Source of the DNA: Octopus vulgaris | Lineage: Eukaryota | Direction: 5' to 3' | Assembly (NCBI GenBank): GCA_951406725.2 | Contig: OX597838.1 | Location: 33,046,001-33,110,000, forward strand | DNA: 64,000 bases | Part shown: one piece after another, positions 54,541 through 64,000 of the stretch | Position numbering within the stretch: position 1 is the stretch's first letter | Layout: every line of letters starts with the position of its first letter | Notes under the pieces: model-generated | Database searches by the model: none | Seen by the model: only the letters and a program-made list of their open reading frames with translations | What the model was told of the DNA's origin: nothing | Position numbers and translations under genes: made by a program

Positions 54541-54594
54541 TGTGTATATATATATATATATATATATATGTACGTTTATGTATGCATGCATGTA

Positions 54595-54697
<103 letters not shown>

Positions 54698-54825
54698 GTA
54701 TTAATCACTCCATTTAAATATATTTAAATATATATTTAAAAGGAATGATTAATGAATTTTTCCCTTATGAGGTTTTTCACGCTAACCACTTGATAAATTC
54801 TGATAACGATTTTATCCTATTTTTC

Positions 54826-54931
<106 letters not shown>

Positions 54932-54948
54932 TAGTATGTATATATATG

Positions 54949-54997
<49 letters not shown>

Positions 54998-55004
54998 GTA
55001 TATA

Positions 55005-55045
<41 letters not shown>

Positions 55046-55288
55046 ATATATTATGTATGTATCTATCTATCTATATATATATATCTATGTGTGTGTGTGT
55101 ATATATATATATATTTATACATACATACATACATACATACATATATTGTACGTGTGTGTGCCTACGTGTTTATATAACGACAATGTAATATATAAATATC
55201 TGTGCACAATGGGGACACATGTGCCATATATTTATAATTGTATGCATGTATATATATATGTATGTACACATGTGTGAGTGTGCATGCT

Positions 55289-55319
<31 letters not shown>

Positions 55320-55600
55320 CATTCAATACGGAATTAGATGACGTCTGTAACCATTTCTAAATATATCACCAAATACTTGCCCTGGCCAGCAATTAGTGTA
55401 AAATGTTGATATTTGATATACAGAATATTCCTTTGACATTATATATCCTTAGAGAGTGTATATCTATATACACAGAAGCATGATATATTTCTATACGTAC
55501 AAAAACACACTTATGTATATGTGTGTGTGTGTGAATACACATGTAGCGCCCATTGAAACCACGCCTCTAAGGATACAAAAATGTGTCGTACACATATTAC

Positions 55601-55648
<48 letters not shown>

Positions 55649-55695
55649 GTGTATATTCACAAGCGCGTATATACATGTATATACATGTATATTAC

Positions 55696-55745
<50 letters not shown>

Positions 55746-55960
55746 GTATATGTGTATATTCACAAGCGTGTATATACATGTATACAGACATAAATACGCA
55801 TATGTATGTATATACATGCAGGTATACACATATATATATACACTTATATATACACATATAAATATAACATATATATTATATATAATATATATATTATATT
55901 ATATATATATTATTTAATATATATTATATAATATCACACACACACACACACACACACACA

Positions 55961-56002
<42 letters not shown>

Positions 56003-56508
56003 TAATCTCTGCATACACAGACATACATGCACACATACACACACACATATAAACTCAGGTTCTGACATATAAACTGACATATGCATTTACATACATATAT
56101 ACTTACACACACACACACACACACACACGCAGGTACACTCACATGTATACACACACATTACCTACATGTATTCATTTACGTATACTTCGGCATTCACATA
56201 CACACGCACACACAAACATACATACATACATTCATACATACACACATACATACAAATATATATATATATATGTGTGTGTATATATATATATGTGTGTGTA
56301 TATATATATAGGTATGTGTGTATGTGTGTATGTATAAAAGTATATGTGTATGTAATGTATATATATATATATATATACAAACACATTACATCCACACACA
56401 TACCTACACACTTATATATATACACACACGCACATTTGCATGTAGGCCTATATTTACATATACACATATTTATATATATATATATTTATATATATGCATA
56501 TGTGTGTT

Positions 56509-56576
<68 letters not shown>

Positions 56577-56843
56577 TACACATATGTATATAACGTATAT
56601 ACAGATATCCAGTAACATATATATACCTGCCAACGGACATATCAATCATCAAGCGAATGTGGTGTCAGGCATCTTGAAAACTGCAGAGGCACGCACCAAT
56701 ACACGAGTCTGAATACGCATGCGCACAAACGAGCAAGGCCATACACACATTTTGACATCGTGTGATGATAAGCAATATGCGGTTATGCTCGTGGTTGGCG
56801 ATCCGCATGTTTCTATACATACCTCTGTATACACGTATGTACG

Positions 56844-56912
<69 letters not shown>

Positions 56913-57033
56913 ATGAGTAAACTTTGTGTGTGCGTGAGTGTGTGTGTGATTTACTATACAAGTGTGTATACATGCATATGTATGCGTGTACGTATGTATG
57001 TATTCGTGGTTTGTGTATTTTAAACTCTCTCTG

Positions 57034-57070
<37 letters not shown>

Positions 57071-57170
57071 CTGTCTGTCTGTCTGTCTATCTGTCTGTCT
57101 GTCTGTCTGTCTATCCGCCTGCCTGTCTGTCTGTCAAACTGGATACGAGGTTGTGACATACATACATACA

Positions 57171-57265
<95 letters not shown>

Positions 57266-57328
57266 GTATATATATATATGTATATATATATATTTATATA
57301 TATATATATATGTTTTTGTGTGTTTGTG

Positions 57329-57400
<72 letters not shown>

Positions 57401-57529
57401 GTGTGTGTGTTTATGTATGGATGTATGTATACATCCATACATCTACACACTCAAACGCGCACACTGACACACAAAAGCATGTGTGCAGATACATACATAC
57501 ATACATACATAAATGTGTATGCATAAATA

Positions 57530-57574
<45 letters not shown>

Positions 57575-57905
57575 AAAGAGAGAGAGGGAAAGAGAGAGAG
57601 AGAGAGAGAGTGTGTGTGTGTGTGTGTGCGCGCGCCCGCATCCGTGCGTGTGCGTGCGCGTGCGTAGGACATCAGATAGCCCTGTTTCTCCTGAACACAT
57701 TTAAAGTGCAGCATATATATTTCTCTTCACCGTGTCAGCAGACTTCATTTGACTGTCTTCTAAGCAAAGTACTTGAGACCGAACGGCGAGAATATTAGTC
57801 ACACACCAGCACAATCTTACACACACACACCCACAAACTTACTACATACGCCGCTTTTTTATACACACACGAGCACACTGAGTTACTCTCTCTCACTACC
57901 TCTCC

Positions 57906-57946
<41 letters not shown>

Positions 57947-58111
57947 GCATATATATTCACACACTAACTCACACCCACGAAAGAATGCTACATACATGCA
58001 CACACACACATACACACATACATACATGCACACATACATATATATATACATATATATATGCATATATATATATACATATATGTATATGCATATATATATA
58101 TATATACACAC

Positions 58112-58144
<33 letters not shown>

Positions 58145-58314
58145 CATACATACACATATATATATGTATATATAGACACACATACATATACGTATATGTA
58201 CAGTTATGTATGTGCATGTATATAATTATATACATACGTCCGTGCATTCATACACATATGTATATATACGTGTATATACATACACACGTATGCATATAAA
58301 TATGCATATATATA

Positions 58315-58406
<92 letters not shown>

Positions 58407-59086
58407 GTATACGTACACGCAATTGCATACACACACTTGCGCACACTTGCGCACACGCACGCACGCACGCACACACACACTCACATTTCTTTTTTTTTTT
58501 TGTTGTTAAAGCTAAAGTCGTCTGAGAGGTTGATTCGCCACTCGAGATTCACAATACTGCGATCTTTAGGCGTGAAACTCGAGTGGCGACACAAATTCTC
58601 ATTAAAAACGACTGAAATTAATTTTCTTTATTATAACTCTGTTCTTGCAGTATCATGATATAATCTTGTCGTAATTTTATGTACACTCAGAAACAAATGT
58701 CTGTCTTCACTTTCACACTCCTCTCTAATAATCACTACTTTTACGTGGTTATGAGTTTTACGTATAAATTCATTGGAAACGAATTTACTGAAACTGATTT
58801 TGTTCTTGTAGTGTCATGATACACTATGGCTGTTTCAATATAGCTGAAACAAATGCCTAACTAGCTTATATTTTATGTTTTTGGTTTTTATTAGTAATAT
58901 ATATGTTATACAGTTGCGGATTCACACTATAATAATAAACGCCATGTGTACCACAACACGATTAGTGTTACTTAGCAAATGATAATTCAGTGATGACGGG
59001 TCTTTCAACAAATTAATTTAAACCGTGGCTTCAAGAGAAAGAATGAAAGAAAAAGAGAAAAGAGAGCGTGAGAGAGAGAAAAGAAA

Positions 59087-59118
<32 letters not shown>

Positions 59119-59500
59119 AAGAAAGGCAGACAAACACAGACAGAGAGTTAGAAGAATCATACAACGAAATGTGTGAACTAAAAACTAGAATATGTAAGGA
59201 ATATGAAGGGGCTGGTGTTTCGGTAGCCAGGGTTACCGAAAATTCGAGAAGTTGCGAAGACACGAAGCTAAGATTAAACTCAGTGCATAATTCTTTCGTT
59301 TTGGAATAAACACTTTGTCACCATCTGTCGGCGCAAAAAGCATGGGAGAGTTGCAGAAGCTACAAAACTTGAAAAGGGCAGCGACGAAGTGGTTCATCTG
59401 TTAGACTTAACTGCGACGCAACATATTGTTGACGTTCACGAAGAGAAATTACAGTCGTTTTAACTTAATTAGTAGAAACCTTGTCATCAACAACAACAGT

Positions 59501-59880
59501 GGAGGCGCAATGGCCCAGTGGTTAGGGCAGCGGACTCGCGGTCGGAGGATCGCGGTTTCGATTCCCAGACCGGGCGTTGTGTGTGTTTATTGAGCGAAAA
59601 CACCTAAAGCTCTACGAGGCTCCGGCAGGGGGTGGTAGCGACCCCTGTTGCTCTCTTTCGCTCCAACTTTCTCTCACTCTTTCTTCCTGTTTCTTGTCCC
59701 CGACTTCCTACGCAACCACTGAGCCTGGATGCGCATTCATCCATCCGTCGATGCTCTTGGTGTCGGGGTTTGACCTGCTTTCTCTTCTGCAGGTCTTACG
59801 AATAACAAAGGACCACTTATCGGACTTCTCCCACTACGGACAAAGACCGCTTCGCTCAACAAACAAACAATCAACAACAA
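59501..59880 (+). mobile_element. tRNA-derived SINE family D, full-length
   Basis: GGAGGCGCAATGGCCCAGTGGTTAGGGCAGCGGACTCGCGGTC...GGTTTCGATTCCC head and a (CAAA/CAA)n tail. CAACAACAACA..AGTGG-like sequence occurs on both flanks. Confidence 0.8.
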
Positions 59881-60457
59881 CAATATCAACAGCAGTGGTT
59901 TTTGGTTCTAACACAAAAAACCGATAGACTGAAATTTTTTTCTAATTATAAAACCACTGATATGAAATATTTTCTCGAAGTAGGGCGGACAACAAAGATA
60001 AACCAACGGGCAGATGCTTAGCTCTAGTTTGGTGGGGTTTTTTGTTATCACAACTTGTGTTCAGCCTTCTGTCTATATTTTAACATATGCTCATTAATTT
60101 TGAAAAATCTTGCCTCTCACAATATCTATCAACAACCCCCGTAGTAGCAATGTCCGTGGTGAAGAAATTCAAAGAGCTGCTGTCAAGGTAAATTCAACTT
60201 ATGGATATCAAGAATTTGGAAGCTCGTTAGAAATGGTTATGGTAATTCAAATGTCGCCATAGAAGTACTAATAAGATTACCCACGATGAAAAAGCTAGTG
60301 CACCATCAACCAGAAATTGAACCAGCATAACTGCGAAAATGAAATTTTGGTTAGGGGGTGCAAACCCACGTCCAAAACCTTTCTACAAACAAGGTCGATT
60401 TTTTTCAATCTTAATATCGAAACAAACATAAGTGTATTATTATTATTATTATTATTA

Positions 60458-61922
<1,465 letters not shown>

Positions 61923-61959
61923 TAATAATAATAATAATAATAATAATATTTGTACACTG

Positions 61960-63500
61960 CTTAGTGGCATTTCTTCCGGTTTTACGTTCTGAGTTCAAAT
62001 TCTGCCAAGGTCGACTTTACCATTCATCCTTTCGTGATTGACAAAATAAGTAGCAGTTTTGCACTGGGGTCGATGTAATCGATTTGCACCCCCACCCGAA
62101 CTTGTTGGCCTTGTGCCATAATTTGAAACCATTATAATATATGTACATCAATCGAATCAAAGAAATCCTATATTCTTTTCTACTCTAAGCACAAGGCCCG
62201 AAATTTTGGGGGAGGAGGCCAGTCGATTAGATCGACTCCAGTACGCAACTGGTACTTAATTTATCGACCCCGAAAGGATGAAAGGCAAAGTCGACCTCAG
62301 TGGAATTTGAATTCAGAACGTAAAAACAGAAGAAATACTGCTAAGCATTTCGCCCGGCGTGCTAACGTTTCTGCCAGCTCGCCGCCTTCAAAGAAATCCA
62401 ATAATGCTTTCCATTATAGGCACACGGCCTGAAATTTGGGGGAGGGGGATAGTTGATTACATCGACCCCAGTACTCAACTGGTATTTAATTTATCAATCC
62501 CGAAAGGATGAGAGGCAACGTCGCCGTCGGCGGAATTTGAATTCAGAACATAAGGACGGGCGAAATACCTATTTCTTTACTACCCACAAGGGGATAAACA
62601 CAGAGGGGACAAACAAGGACAGACAAAGGAATTAAGTCGATTACATCGACCCCAGTGCGCAACTGGTACTTAATTTATCGACCCCGAAAGGATGAAAGGC
62701 AAAGTCAACCTCGGCGGAATTTGAACTCAGAACGTAGCGGCAGACGAAATACGGCTACGCATTTCACCCAGCGTGCTAACGTTTCTGCCAGCTCGCCGCC
62801 ACAGAAGCGGGGTAATCTGTAGAGGTGATCACTTCATTGGAATACGTTTCCAGAATGAAGCCTCTACACCTGGTAGTAAATTAAATAGAGACCGTTTTGA
62901 ATACAGACGGTTTGCACCTTTTAGGGTTAATAGTGGTGGAGCGGTTGGTTGTTCTGCAAGATTTTCAAAAATGGAAGGCACCAGCTGCAGAATGCATTAT
63001 TATTCTTACCATTGCAGACACTACGAAGTGCTGATAGCAGGATACGAACCTTTGACCTCCTCAGCTACAAGGCAGCTGTTCAAGAGATTCCATCATTCAC
63101 GTTGTCTCCTTTTATAAGGTTAGGAAACTCTGAAGAAGAAGAAGAAGAAGAAGAAGAAGAAGAAGAAGAAGAAGAAGAAGAAGAAGAAGAAGAAGAAGAA
63201 GAAGAAGAAGAAGAAGAAGAAGAAGAAGAAGAAGAAGAAGAAGGAGGAGGAGAGGGAGGAGGAGAGGGAGGAGGAGAAGGAGGGGAGAAGAAGAAGAAGA
63301 AGAAGAAGAAGAAGAAGAAGAAGAAGAAGAAGAAGAAGAAGGAGGAGGAGGAGGAGGAGGTACTTTATTTTATCGACCCTGAAAGGAATGGGGAGGCAAA
63401 GTCGACCTCAGCGGAATTTGAACTCAGAACGTAAAGACAGACGAAATGCTACCAAGCATCGAACCCGGCGTGCTAACGATTCTGCCATCTCGATGCCTTA
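61960..63500. mobile_element. Cluster of SINE family B copies (+ 61960-62130; - 62170-62390, 62400-62800 dimer, 63360-63500)
   Basis: Repeated family B head and body; dimer junction at 62570/62569. Confidence 0.8.
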
Positions 63501-63747
63501 ATGATGATGATGATGATGATAATAATAATAATAATAATAACAATAATAATAATAATAATAATAATGGTTATAATAATAATAATAATAATAATAATAATTG
63601 GCAATGTTAATGTTTCTGCCAGTTCACCGTCTTAAACAAAAGTAAATGTTAAAAGATAACACCAATATATTTCACTTCCACCAAAACAACCCACCTCAAC
63701 TACATCTGCCACCACCAGGGGAACGATCATCATCATCATCGTCGTCG

Positions 63748-63804
<57 letters not shown>

Positions 63805-64000
63805 ACATCATCAACAATACTACTACTTTCAACAGTACCATGACATCTGTCACCACCACCATCACCACTACCACCACCACCACCACTACCACTACCACTA
63901 CAACCATCACCACCACCACTACAACTACTACCACCACCACCATCACCACCACCACTACCACTACCACTACCACTACAACCATCACCACCACCACTACTAC

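Noticed and set aside
59501-59575. tRNA-like sequences (also 4402, 7830-7903, 35477)
   Set aside because: The cloverleaves are incomplete and continue into repeat bodies. They are SINE heads, not tRNA genes.

Overview
This is eukaryotic, microsatellite-saturated non-coding DNA. The SINE families and the (TA)n/(TACA)n/(AAT)n/(TATC)n load strongly suggest an octopus (coleoid cephalopod); that assignment is inference. I found no host protein-coding exon, and nearly all entries in the ORF track are microsatellite translations. Real coding sequence is all transposon-derived: an apparently intact Penelope-like element (PLE; RT + GIY-YIG) at 1-3212 on the minus strand, whose RT frame lacks an early ATG and overlaps an upstream ORF in the -1 frame at a U-UUU-UUU slippery site, plus remnants of RTE, R4/Dong, Tx1/L1, mariner and Helitron elements. 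The main hidden layer is a set of short inserts in (TA)n tracts that look like PLE pseudo-LTR ends, many folded back on themselves, carrying about 14 hammerhead-ribozyme motifs. Three of these motifs (about 14.07, 44.47 and 51.49 kb; two unrelated families) contain all hammerhead core nucleotides with covarying helices but in a non-circularly permuted, pseudoknotted strand order. Other notable items are a tRNA-headed element ending in a hammerhead, a SINE subfamily with a Tx1-like tail always found inside or beside its own relatives, and a SINE-derived minisatellite with monomer>dimer>tetramer higher-order structure.
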